Assembly: GCA_030590485.1 (NCBI GenBank) | Contig: JAUUYL010000005.1 | Span: 6,084 to 70,083 of the forward strand | Length of the DNA stretch: 64,000 bases | Direction of reading: 5' to 3' | From: Lentisphaerota bacterium | GTDB taxonomy: Bacteria > Verrucomicrobiota > Kiritimatiellia > UBA8416 > JAUUYL01 | In this document: piece after piece, positions 19,444 through 28,453 of the stretch | Numbering within the stretch: the stretch's first letter is position 1 | Layout: every line of letters begins with the position of its first letter | Position numbers and translations under genes: made by a program | The notes under the pieces: generated by a model | The model's database searches: none | Seen by the model: only the letters and a program-made list of their open reading frames with translations | Told to the model about the DNA's origin: nothing

Positions 19444-20928
19444 ATGACAATTGATAAAAGCAGATTTAGAATCTTTTTTGCAAACTGGATCAGCATAATC
19501 GGACTTTTGATAGTTTGTTTTGGCACTCTGCTTGGAACAGTGCTGATGATCGTCGATGTGTCCGGGGGAATGCATAACCCGTATGCAGGCTTGATTATTT
19601 ATATGGGCATACCGGCTTTTGTTCTGTTGGGGGTCGGCTTGATGCTTCTAGGTGCTTTTTTGACCATTAGGAAGAGAAGGAAGATAGGACACGAGACTCC
19701 ATTGCCTGCAGTGGACTTTAATGATCCCAAAGTTCTTCGGAGATTTATTATTTCTTGCGTTTTGGCCCTTGCATTCATCACTGCTACCGGAATGGGAGGA
19801 TATCATGCTTTTCACTTCACTGAATCTGTCGAGTTTTGCGGGGAGATATGCCATGAGGTGATGGAGCCTGAATACGTTGCATACCAGAACTCACCTCATG
19901 CCAACGTGTCCTGTGCGCATTGCCATATCGGGCCTGGTGCAGAATGGTTTGTGAAGGCTAAGCTCTCGGGTCTCTATCAGGTTTATTCCGTATTGTTTGA
20001 TAAATATCATCGACCTATTGAGACCCCGATTCACAACTTGCGGCCGGCGAAGGAGACATGTAACGAGTGTCATTGGCCCCGAAAGTTTTTTGGTTCGGTT
20101 CTTAGATCCTGGACATATTACTTACCTAACGAGACGAGCGAACCATGGACCATCAAGATGCTTATGAAAGTTGGTGGAGGTGATCCTGCGTACGGACCTG
20201 TTGGCGGGATTCACTGGCACATTAACGAGGATGTTGAGATTGATTATGTTTCTATGGACGGGAAACGAGAGGAAATCCCATGGATCAGGGTCAAGGGGCG
20301 TGACGGCAAGGTCACAATATACGAAGACAAAAAGAATAAGCTTTCCGAGGAAGAGTTGTCCGCAATGCATAAGAGACGTATGGATTGCATTGACTGTCAC
20401 AATAGGCCAACGCATCGCATCATGTCGCCAAACAAGGTTATGGATACGGCAATGACCCGGGGGTTGATTGATGAGAAATTTACAGACATCAGAATCATAG
20501 GCATGGATCTTCTGGTGGAAGAGTACAAGACGCAAGCAGAAGCGTTCAAGGCGATTGATGAGGGGTTGCGCGATGAATACGAAGGGGAGGATGGTCTTGA
20601 GGGGTTGATTGCCCAGATAAAGACGATATACCGTAATAACTTTTTCCCTGAGATGAAGGTGGATTGGAGATCCTACCCTGATCATATCGGGCATAAGATT
20701 ACGGCGGGATGTTTCAGATGCCACGATGACAAGCATGTTTCTAAAGACGGCAAAAAGATAAGCAGGGATTGCAATCTTTGCCATACAATAATAGCGCAGG
20801 GACCTGGCGAGGCTAAGGATGTTCATCAGATTTCATCGGGTGGCTTGGAATTTAAACATCCGGAAGATATTGATGGTGAATGGAAAGAGGGTAAATGCGA
20901 CGAATGTCATGAGGGAGTGCCGATGTAG
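19444..20928 (+). CDS. Membrane-anchored heptahaem c-type cytochrome (NapC/NirT-type; ImcH-like candidate quinol dehydrogenase)
   Basis: Two N-terminal hydrophobic helices and 7 CXXCH motifs (CGEICH, CAHCH, CNECH, CIDCH, CFRCH, CNLCH, CDECH). The similarity to Geobacter ImcH is architectural only and is not verified. Confidence 0.8.
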   Translation: MTIDKSRFRIFFANWISIIGLLIVCFGTLLGTVLMIVDVSGGMHNPYAGLIIYMGIPAFVLLGVGLMLLGAFLTIRKRRKIGHETPLPAVDFNDPKVLRRFIISCVLALAFITATGMGGYHAFHFTESVEFCGEICHEVMEPEYVAYQNSPHANVSCAHCHIGPGAEWFVKAKLSGLYQVYSVLFDKYHRPIETPIHNLRPAKETCNECHWPRKFFGSVLRSWTYYLPNETSEPWTIKMLMKVGGGDPAYGPVGGIHWHINEDVEIDYVSMDGKREEIPWIRVKGRDGKVTIYEDKKNKLSEEELSAMHKRRMDCIDCHNRPTHRIMSPNKVMDTAMTRGLIDEKFTDIRIIGMDLLVEEYKTQAEAFKAIDEGLRDEYEGEDGLEGLIAQIKTIYRNNFFPEMKVDWRSYPDHIGHKITAGCFRCHDDKHVSKDGKKISRDCNLCHTIIAQGPGEAKDVHQISSGGLEFKHPEDIDGEWKEGKCDECHEGVPM

Positions 20929-20999
20929 GTGTGTCTTGATATGTATTTGGCTTTTACAAGAGTAATGACAAGTGGTGAGGTGTTTGCAAAGGAGGCAAA

Positions 21000-21593
21000 A
21001 TGATGAGTACAAGCAAAATAGTTGGCATAGCGTTGATCGCTATGGTGATTTCCGGGATAATTGTAATGGCGGAGGAAGATAAGAGAGACGCGACTCTTTA
21101 TGCCGGGCTGAAATCCTGCCGTATGTGTCACAAGAAAGAAGCCGCTGGTAATCAGTATCAGAAGTGGCTTGATGGACCTCATTCTAAGACTTTTGAGATA
21201 CTCGCATCTGATGAGGCCAAGGCGATAGGCGCCAAGCTTGGTGTGGCTGAACCGCAGAAGAGCGCAAAATGCTTAAAATGTCATTCAACAGCTTATAACT
21301 GGGGCGACAAGCCTGTAGTAGAAAAGATTAAGCCTGAAGATGGTGTAGTTTGCGAATCATGTCATGGCCCAGGCAAGAATTACAAATCCAAGTCTATCAT
21401 GAAGGATCAGAAGGCTTGCATTGAAAACGGCATGATTTATCCGGCTACAAAGAGCTGCGTAAAATGTCACAACGAAGAGTCTGCGACTTGGAATCCTGAG
21501 CGCTATACGACCAAGGATGGGAAAAAGGTCGGATTTGATGTTGAGCAGGCATACAAGAAGATCGAGCATCCGAATCCGAATTTGCATAAATGA
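21000..21593 (+). CDS. Tetrahaem c-type cytochrome, periplasmic or membrane-anchored
   Basis: SD AAGGAGG lies upstream. There is an N-terminal hydrophobic segment and 4 CXXCH motifs (CRMCH, CLKCH, CESCH, CVKCH). Confidence 0.85.
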   Translation: MMSTSKIVGIALIAMVISGIIVMAEEDKRDATLYAGLKSCRMCHKKEAAGNQYQKWLDGPHSKTFEILASDEAKAIGAKLGVAEPQKSAKCLKCHSTAYNWGDKPVVEKIKPEDGVVCESCHGPGKNYKSKSIMKDQKACIENGMIYPATKSCVKCHNEESATWNPERYTTKDGKKVGFDVEQAYKKIEHPNPNLHK

Positions 21594-22741
21594 GCGGACT
21601 AATAAATTTTCTGACGTCTCTTAAGCTGACGTTAACAGTACTGCTGGTTATTGCCGTCGCCTGTATTGCGGGGACGGTTCTGCCTCAGGGTGCGGATGTA
21701 CTCAAGTATCTTGAGGCAAATCCCGGTGCTCAGTCTCAAATGGATCTGTTGGGGTTTCTGGGTTTGACCAACATCTTCTATTGTTGGTGGTTTATTTTTC
21801 TGCTGTGCTTTCTGTCGCTGAGCTTGTCGATCTGCACGTTCCGCAGATTTCGGGGTGCCTTGCGGCGGAAGAGCGGCTTGCGCTGGAAAGACCTAGGATC
21901 GCTTTTTTCTCACATTAGTCTCCTTTTGATCTTAGCGGGCTGTGTGGCGCGTTCTATCTGGGGTTTGAATGGTTATCTGCCGTTGCGTGAGGGCGAGACG
22001 AAGACAAAGTTTCAGGTTGAGACTGGTTTTGCCGAGTTGCCTTTTGAGATTCATCTCGAGGATTTCGAAATTGAGTTTTATGGGTCGGATGAGGATGAAC
22101 ATGTGCAGGATTCACTTTCTGAGAAGGTTGTAGTCTTGAATCATGACGGCCAGGTTGTGGCTGAGATGTCGTCAGAGCTTGATGCGGGTCAGGCTGTAGG
22201 CCCTGTGCAGTTAAAGGTATTAAAAAGAATTCCTGATTTTGTGGTCGATACTGCCACTGGTGGAGTTGTCAGTCGCTCGGAAGAGATGCATAATCCGGCT
22301 CTGCAGTTGGAAATCGTTGAAGGTGGAACGACTAATACACAATGGCTTTTCGCGCTGTATCCAGGGTTCAATATGCATAACAAAGAGGGTGCTGACAGAC
22401 CGCATTTGGATTTCAGGTATGAGGTGTATGTGCATTCCGGAAGTGAACCCGGGGTTAAAGATTATAAGAGTACACTCGTGGTCAAGGAAGACGGGGTGGA
22501 GGTCAAAAAGAAAACCATTGAAGTAAACCGGCCTCTGTCATATAAGGGGTATACGTTTTATCAATCTGGTTTTAATCCTGATGATCACAAATGGACGTCA
22601 TTACAGGTTGTCAAGGATCCTGGAGTTCCGTTGGTATACGCGGGCTTCTTGATGATGATTATAGGGTTGGCTATGGTTTTTTATGTGGACCCTAATTTGA
22701 GCGTAGATTCTCATGGTGGTGGAAAAAATAGCATAGAGTGA
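21590..22741 (+). CDS. ccsB: System II cytochrome c biogenesis protein ResB/CcsB (copy 1)
   Basis: N-terminus 'FLTSLKLTLTVLLVIAVACIAGTVLPQG' is ResB-typical. It has a large periplasmic loop, a C-terminal TM helix, and a 4-nt overlap with the preceding gene. Confidence 0.8.
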   Translation: MSGLINFLTSLKLTLTVLLVIAVACIAGTVLPQGADVLKYLEANPGAQSQMDLLGFLGLTNIFYCWWFIFLLCFLSLSLSICTFRRFRGALRRKSGLRWKDLGSLFSHISLLLILAGCVARSIWGLNGYLPLREGETKTKFQVETGFAELPFEIHLEDFEIEFYGSDEDEHVQDSLSEKVVVLNHDGQVVAEMSSELDAGQAVGPVQLKVLKRIPDFVVDTATGGVVSRSEEMHNPALQLEIVEGGTTNTQWLFALYPGFNMHNKEGADRPHLDFRYEVYVHSGSEPGVKDYKSTLVVKEDGVEVKKKTIEVNRPLSYKGYTFYQSGFNPDDHKWTSLQVVKDPGVPLVYAGFLMMIIGLAMVFYVDPNLSVDSHGGGKNSIE

Positions 22742-23538
22742 TATTTATGATTACGGCTTTTAATATTAGTTTCGCATTATGCCTTGTGGCTTTGATAGTG
22801 GCTTTTGTGGGTTTGCTGAATAAGCGTGAGATAGTCGGGCGTATAGGCTTTGGTGTCAACATATTGGCGGTGGCTGCTCTGACGGTGTATATAGTGATGC
22901 GCTGGATGGCTGCGGGCAGAGCTCCGTTCAGCAACATGTTTGAATCATTGGTTCTTTTTGCATGGACGATCCTGGTCGTTTATATTTTTGTGTACAAGAA
23001 ACTGAAGCTTCCTATTGTTACGGCGGCATTGTCATTGATGGTGGTTTTGACTTTGGCTTATGCGACGACTTTCGGAGCTGATATCCGGCCGTTGGTTCCT
23101 GCGCTGCAGAGCAATTGGTTGACCGTTCATGTGTTCACATGTTTTCTTGGTTACGGCGGGTTTGCGGTTTCGTTTATTGCCGCGATTTCGTATGTAATAG
23201 CTTCCCGGGAAAACAGTAAAGCCGCTTATGAGACCAAAGATTCTCTTGAGGTTGTTATGGCGAAGACGGTTGCGTTCGGATTCCTTTTTCTGACGGTAGG
23301 GATTATGACTGGTGCTGTGTGGGCGAACTCCGCATGGGGCACATATTGGTCATGGGACCCAAAGGAAACCTGGTCTCTTGTCACATGGCTGGTTTATGCC
23401 GGGTTTTTACATTGCAGATTTATCAAAGGTTGGCGCGGGCAAAAATCAGCCTGGATGTCGATACTAGGATTTATCTCCGTTCTCTTCACCTACTTTGGGG
23501 TGAACTTCTTGCTGAAAGGGCTTCACAGCTATCTATAG
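22738..23538 (+). CDS. ccsA: System II cytochrome c synthase subunit CcsA/ResC (copy 1)
   Basis: The WWD haem-handling motif 'WGTYWSWDPKETWSLVTW' and flanking His residues are present. The start overlaps the ccsB stop (GTG 22738 or ATG 22747). Confidence 0.9.
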   Translation: MIFMITAFNISFALCLVALIVAFVGLLNKREIVGRIGFGVNILAVAALTVYIVMRWMAAGRAPFSNMFESLVLFAWTILVVYIFVYKKLKLPIVTAALSLMVVLTLAYATTFGADIRPLVPALQSNWLTVHVFTCFLGYGGFAVSFIAAISYVIASRENSKAAYETKDSLEVVMAKTVAFGFLFLTVGIMTGAVWANSAWGTYWSWDPKETWSLVTWLVYAGFLHCRFIKGWRGQKSAWMSILGFISVLFTYFGVNFLLKGLHSYL

Positions 23539-23541
23539 CTG

Positions 23542-23567
23542 TAGAATCGTCCGCATTAGAATCGTCC
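23542..23567. promoter_or_regulatory. Direct repeat TAGAATCGTCC-N4-TAGAATCGTCC (candidate regulator binding site)
   Basis: Two perfect 11-mers with a 15-nt period lie 120-145 nt upstream of the tetrahaem cytochrome gene at 23688. Function is inferred only. Confidence 0.25.
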
Positions 23568-23687
23568 TTATATTTGCACTATACTCCGATTGCGCCGTTT
23601 TCTGTCCGAGTGTAATATAGTCTTATGGGTGAGAGATATAGCAAAGTTCTGCTGTAGGAGTATAAAACAATAGAAGGAGAATAGGTT

Positions 23688-24290
23688 ATGAAGGGTTTGA
23701 AAATATTAACATTTATGGTGGCTACCATGTTGGTCATCGGTTTGGCTGCTATGGGTGCTCAGGTGAAGATCGATGGCTCGAAACACGATTTTGAAGGGCT
23801 TACCTGGAATCAGAACGGTGGCATTTGTGGTCCTTGTCATACTCCTCATAATGCTCTCAGTTCGGTAGCACCGCTGTGGAGTCACACGAATACAGCGGCA
23901 TCATTTACGATGTATACAAACGTAACGATGAATGCTGCACAGCCGACTGAACCCAATCCGGTTTCACTCATGTGTTTGAGTTGCCATGACGGCACCATAG
24001 CTTTGGATGCTTTTGTTGGAGAAACCGCAGGAGCCACCGCTACTATGCCCGTAGGAAGTCAGGTGGGTGCTGGTGCTAACCTGGGAACTGAGCATCCTAT
24101 TTCGATTCTCTATGATACGAATTTGGTAACCGCTGATGGCGCATTGAAAGCTCCTCCTGCAAATCTTCTAAATGGTGGCTATGTCGAGTGCTCGTCTTGT
24201 CATGATGCTCACGGCGGTGAGGAGAACACCAAGTTACTTCGAATGGCTAACAGCAACAGTGAACTTTGTCTTACTTGCCACGATAAGTAA
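23688..24290 (+). CDS. Secreted tetrahaem c-type cytochrome (paired-CXXCH type)
   Basis: SD AAGGAG is 8 nt upstream. Signal peptide 'MKGLKILTFMVATMLVIGLAAMGAQV'. Four CXXCH motifs (CGPCH, CLSCH, CSSCH, CLTCH). It is homologous to the N-terminal ~190 aa of the 12-haem protein at 29479 (shared 'GSKHD', 'PLW', 'CLSCHDGTIAL', 'HPIS'). Confidence 0.9.
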   Translation: MKGLKILTFMVATMLVIGLAAMGAQVKIDGSKHDFEGLTWNQNGGICGPCHTPHNALSSVAPLWSHTNTAASFTMYTNVTMNAAQPTEPNPVSLMCLSCHDGTIALDAFVGETAGATATMPVGSQVGAGANLGTEHPISILYDTNLVTADGALKAPPANLLNGGYVECSSCHDAHGGEENTKLLRMANSNSELCLTCHDK

Positions 24291-24332
24291 GAACCTTCTG
24301 TTTTATTGCCGTATAAGGCGGAATTGCGAGAG

Positions 24333-24363
24333 ACGTCCCTTCGCAAGAGGGGCGTTTCTTGTT
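24333..24363 (+). terminator. Rho-independent terminator or attenuator
   Basis: ACGTCCCT-TCGCAAG-AGGGGCGT forms an 8-bp stem with one G-T pair, followed by TTCTTGTT. It lies 43 nt after the cytochrome stop and only 14 nt before the next ATG. Confidence 0.65.
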
Positions 24364-24376
24364 ACAGTATCAGCTG

Positions 24377-25465
24377 ATGAGAACAAATAAACGACAACCT
24401 TTTTCTTTAATGGGCTTTACCTTTGGAATCTTGCTTCTTGTGCTTGCTGGCGGGTGCAGAACCCAGATTAAAACGAAAGGAGCTTCAGTCTTTTATCCGC
24501 CGCCACCTGATAAGCCAAGGATTCAGTTTCTTGTCGGCCTTTCCACCTCTGAACTGTTGACTTATGTGTCTCCGCTCAAACGTTTTGTCATGGGTCCACC
24601 GTCTGTCATATCTTTTGGGAAGCCTTATGGGTTGAAGATGCGAGATGGGAAGGTCTTCATTTGTGATACCGGATATGGAGGGGTTCTGGTTGCTGATTTT
24701 GCGAATACGAGTTTTTCCGGCCTCAGTACCATAGGTGGAGGTAAGCTGAAGAAACCGATAGACATGGATATAGATGACGATGGTAATTATTACGTTGTCG
24801 ATGCGGCAAGAGGTCAGGTGTTTGCCTATGGGCCCGACAATGCTTGCAAGTGGATTGTCGGTGACATTAAGAAAACGATGAAGCCGGTGGATGTGGCTGT
24901 TTCCGGGAGCAAACTATATGTTGCTGATATGAAGGGCCACACCGTGAAGGTTTATGATAGAAAGACTCAAAAACTGTTAACGGAGATTCCGAATAATGCT
25001 ACAGAACTGAGTGCTGACCATAAACTCTTTCAGCCTATAAGTATAGCATTATGTGAAGACGGCGGCATACTGGTTGTCGATGCAGGTGCATTCAAGGTTC
25101 AGCATTATGATCGCGAAGGGAATTATGTTAAGTCTATAGGAGAGCATGGCGATCTGCCAGGGCAGTTTGCCAGGCCCAAGGGCATAGCTGTGGACAGGGC
25201 GGAGCGGGCATATGTGGTCGATGCTCTTTCAGGAGTGGTTCAGATCTTCAACAAGGAAGGTCAACTTCTGACGTTCTTCGGCGAGAAGGGGAGCCGGGCC
25301 AGTCTGGTCTTGCCTGCTGATGTTGAGATTAATTATGATGGTATTGAACTTTTCAGAAAGTACATAGATCCAAAATTTGAGGTGGAGTACCTTGTTCTGG
25401 TTTCCAGCCAGTATGGTCTGCGAAAGCTTAGTGTGTTTGGTTTTGGGCGTATGAAAGAGTTATAA
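24377..25465 (+). CDS. NHL-repeat beta-propeller protein, probable lipoprotein
   Basis: Start moved to ATG 24377, downstream of the terminator. N-terminus 'MRTNKRQPFSLMGFTFGILLLVLAGGC'. NHL-type repeats include 'FARPKGIAVDRAERAYVVDALSGVVQIFN'. Confidence 0.8.
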   Translation: MRTNKRQPFSLMGFTFGILLLVLAGGCRTQIKTKGASVFYPPPPDKPRIQFLVGLSTSELLTYVSPLKRFVMGPPSVISFGKPYGLKMRDGKVFICDTGYGGVLVADFANTSFSGLSTIGGGKLKKPIDMDIDDDGNYYVVDAARGQVFAYGPDNACKWIVGDIKKTMKPVDVAVSGSKLYVADMKGHTVKVYDRKTQKLLTEIPNNATELSADHKLFQPISIALCEDGGILVVDAGAFKVQHYDREGNYVKSIGEHGDLPGQFARPKGIAVDRAERAYVVDALSGVVQIFNKEGQLLTFFGEKGSRASLVLPADVEINYDGIELFRKYIDPKFEVEYLVLVSSQYGLRKLSVFGFGRMKEL

Positions 25466-25512
25466 TTTGCGGGTTCAGGTATCTCGCAATTGCAGGATGG
25501 TTGTCTGCAGAG

Positions 25513-26406
25513 ATGGTTTTAATTGTGTCTGACTCCAAAAAATGGTTTGCAAGAATCCGAAGTTGTATAATGTTGGCCATTATTGCTCTAATATCAGCTG
25601 GGTGCGCGACAAAGACAAAGCATGAATGGTTGACTTTCTTTTTTGATGGTGTACCTCCCCTGGAAAAACAGCTGGGGAAACAGCAAGTCTTGACTGCCGA
25701 CAAAAAGGCAGGAGGCACGACATCTGAATCATATTATATTCCTCTGCATAAACCTCTTGTTCGAACGTATGAACATAATCCTTATAGCAAACGCAATTGC
25801 AAATCATGTCATGAATCAAAATTTTCTCAGAAGCTTTTAGGGAAGACAATTGATGTTTGCATGAAGTGTCATTCGAAGTTGCTTAAGGACAAGAAGAATA
25901 AACATGACCCGGTAGCCGAGGGGGAGTGCCTGGAGTGCCATGAGCCGCACAAGGCGGACAATAAGAATCTTTTGAAACGGAAAGGTGCAAAGCTGTGCTA
26001 TGAATGTCATGACGACGAGGTGACAGAGGCCAAGTTTAAGCATGATCCTGCCGCTGACGGATCATGCGCCGAGTGTCACAATCCTCACGCATCCAACAAC
26101 AAAAACCTGCTTATAAGGACTGGCAAGGCGTTGTGCTATGAATGTCATGAGGATGAGGTGACAGAGGCCAAGTTCAAGCATGATCCGGTTGATGAGGGTG
26201 AATGTTCTGAATGCCACGATCCGCACAAATCCAAGAACAAGTATCTGCTGAAGAAGGCGGGAGACGCATTGTGTTATGAGTGTCATGATCAGGATGACAT
26301 AAGTGAGAACAAGGCGCATGAGCCCTCGAAGGTGGCGGCTAAGAGCTGTATTGGGTGTCATGATCCGCACAAAAGCGAGAATAAGTATCTTCTAAAGCAG
26401 TTATGA
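25513..26406 (+). CDS. Nonahaem c-type cytochrome, probable lipoprotein, with a triplicated dihaem module
   Basis: '...IMLAIIALISAGC' precedes 9 CXXCH motifs. The module 'KHDP..(E/D)G.C.ECH.PH...NK.LL...G..LCYECH(D/E)DEVTEAKF' occurs three times and is also visible as a near-identical DNA repeat (~25996 and ~26136). Confidence 0.9.
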   Translation: MVLIVSDSKKWFARIRSCIMLAIIALISAGCATKTKHEWLTFFFDGVPPLEKQLGKQQVLTADKKAGGTTSESYYIPLHKPLVRTYEHNPYSKRNCKSCHESKFSQKLLGKTIDVCMKCHSKLLKDKKNKHDPVAEGECLECHEPHKADNKNLLKRKGAKLCYECHDDEVTEAKFKHDPAADGSCAECHNPHASNNKNLLIRTGKALCYECHEDEVTEAKFKHDPVDEGECSECHDPHKSKNKYLLKKAGDALCYECHDQDDISENKAHEPSKVAAKSCIGCHDPHKSENKYLLKQL

Positions 26407-26434
26407 CGGTTTTTAGTCAAAGGTGTTGTCTTTT

Positions 26435-28453
26435 ATGAATGGAGTCGCAAAAAGAGTGATTTTGCTCTCAATTGGGCTGTTTATGATGTCGAGTTCTGTA
26501 ATGGCGCAATACTACAGCAGGACCAGAACACCTGTTGTCCAGCCGAAGGCAGCACGTTGGGAGTTTTATTTTAAGAATATCGTTTTGGATTACAGCATCG
26601 AAGAGGAAAAGAGTTATTCAAGCGCAGATGATGAGCACCTGTACCGTTCCGTAGAGAGCTTTTCTCCTATGATTGGTGGTGGTATATCCGGCTCTCTTTA
26701 TCACCCCAATCTGTTCTCATTTACTGTTGAGGGTGTAGAGGGTATCACTAAGGATGATGTCAAAACGGAGCCATCTGGTGTGGCGACCGAAAGGCCGGAG
26801 GGGAAAAGTTCCAGCGAGATGGGCTATATATCAGCAGAGGCCAGTTTATTTCAGCATAAACCTTATGGTCTCAGGTATCACTATAATCGGACATCCACTT
26901 TGAGGAATTATGATTTCTTTTCCAGGGTAAGGGTCCATACGACAAGGCATGATATATACTGGGGTGTCAATCTTGACCCGCTTGTGGTGACTGTATCATT
27001 TAACAAATGGCGTGAGCATATTGAAGAGCTAACGCGACCGACGTGGAGAGATGAGAGTAGTCTGGAGACGCGTATGGCATATACGCCATCCACATACAAT
27101 GCAACCAGGATAAAGCACACCATAGAAGATTTTACCAGTCTCCAGGAGGGCTCCGATCTGTTAACTGGCACGCGCAATGTGTTTAATTTTGAGAATACAT
27201 TAAGACCGTACGGAAGCGAGATTATTTCGATGCGTACATCAGCTGATGCATATATTCTTGATAGTGTAAGTGGTGATAGCGAACAGTATAGTGTCGGTGA
27301 ATCTATCAGGGTTCACCATGCGCGCAGTCTGGATGGATCCTATTCGGGTCGAGTAAGCAGGAATGAGAATGACGGCGCCAGTAATGATCGATTCCACATA
27401 TTGGGATCATTAAGCCACAAATTGTACGAGAGTCTTTATTCATCGATTCAGGTGGGCTTACATAATTCTGAGATGACGGACGAGTTCGGCGATCTGGTTT
27501 GGAAAAACAATTCGTTTAGCAGGGGGTTTAGTGAGAGTTATAACAAGAAGCTGCCCGCCGGAGCACGCCTGAACCTCTCGTTTGGCTGGGACGTAACATC
27601 CACGGATCATGAGTCTGGGCAGACGTCGGTTAATGTGTTTGATGAGCGGCATAGATTACTTAATGGAGAAAAGACATTTCTTAATCTTCTTAACGCTGAA
27701 CAGCAGAGTGTGGTTGTTGCGGATATTTCCGGTAAAATTATTTATCTTGAGGGTTTGGACTACAGGGTGATTAATCACGGTCAAAGTCTGGAAATAGAGC
27801 GTGTGATTGCCGGAACGATCAGAAATGGCGCTGAGGTACTGGTGGATTACACGGCGCAGGGAACCGGGAGTGAGAAATATGAATCTTTTAACAGGAACGC
27901 CGCGGCATCTCTATCGTTCTTGGATGGGCGTGTGAGGACGTATGTTCGGTCAATCGAGAACGAAAGTGACGGTACGACCGGTTCGTTGACTTTTGAGGAC
28001 ATAAGCAGTAAAATAATAGGCGCGGAGTTATCAGGGCCTTCTTTTAAGATGGGCGTGGAAAGGCAGGATGTGGGCTCGAGCTATATACCTTACAACTCTG
28101 TGAGATTCTTTCAGGATTACTATATGAATGCCGGTAAACGCACCCAGGCGACTCTCAGCATGTCCCAGCTTATGGCGGATTATCATGAGCTTGATCAGAA
28201 TGAGCGCGTTTATTCTAGTGTGTTAACATGCAATTCTCAGATTACGTATGATCTGAGGGCATCATTTTCGGTAGGCTTGTATGATGAGCGAGGGCGAGGT
28301 ATTGAACGCAACTATGAGGTGTATAGGGGCGGTTTGAACTGGAGGCTTGGTATGGCCAGGGTCGCGATGACTTTTCACTATTCTGACTCGCGGGATGATG
28401 ACAGCATTAGAGAGAAAAAGTCTTTCAGTATTCGCTTTGAGAGGGCTTTGTAA
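26435..28453 (+). CDS. Putative outer-membrane beta-barrel (porin-like) protein, no haem motifs
   Basis: Signal peptide 'MNGVAKRVILLSIGLFMMSSSVMAQ'. 672 aa, rich in Tyr/Ser/Arg/Gly, with alternating-polarity stretches to the C-terminus ('SFSIRFERAL'). No hydrophobic helices. It is sandwiched between lipoprotein cytochromes. The barrel fold is inferred, not demonstrated. Confidence 0.55.
   Translation: MNGVAKRVILLSIGLFMMSSSVMAQYYSRTRTPVVQPKAARWEFYFKNIVLDYSIEEEKSYSSADDEHLYRSVESFSPMIGGGISGSLYHPNLFSFTVEGVEGITKDDVKTEPSGVATERPEGKSSSEMGYISAEASLFQHKPYGLRYHYNRTSTLRNYDFFSRVRVHTTRHDIYWGVNLDPLVVTVSFNKWREHIEELTRPTWRDESSLETRMAYTPSTYNATRIKHTIEDFTSLQEGSDLLTGTRNVFNFENTLRPYGSEIISMRTSADAYILDSVSGDSEQYSVGESIRVHHARSLDGSYSGRVSRNENDGASNDRFHILGSLSHKLYESLYSSIQVGLHNSEMTDEFGDLVWKNNSFSRGFSESYNKKLPAGARLNLSFGWDVTSTDHESGQTSVNVFDERHRLLNGEKTFLNLLNAEQQSVVVADISGKIIYLEGLDYRVINHGQSLEIERVIAGTIRNGAEVLVDYTAQGTGSEKYESFNRNAAASLSFLDGRVRTYVRSIENESDGTTGSLTFEDISSKIIGAELSGPSFKMGVERQDVGSSYIPYNSVRFFQDYYMNAGKRTQATLSMSQLMADYHELDQNERVYSSVLTCNSQITYDLRASFSVGLYDERGRGIERNYEVYRGGLNWRLGMARVAMTFHYSDSRDDDSIREKKSFSIRFERAL

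Noticed and set aside
19219-19575. N-terminal 119-codon extension of the response-regulator ORF (18817..19575)
   Set aside because: The extension is Cys/His/Lys-rich, has no domain, and overlaps the start of the divergent cytochrome gene. The receiver domain begins exactly at the internal ATG 19218.
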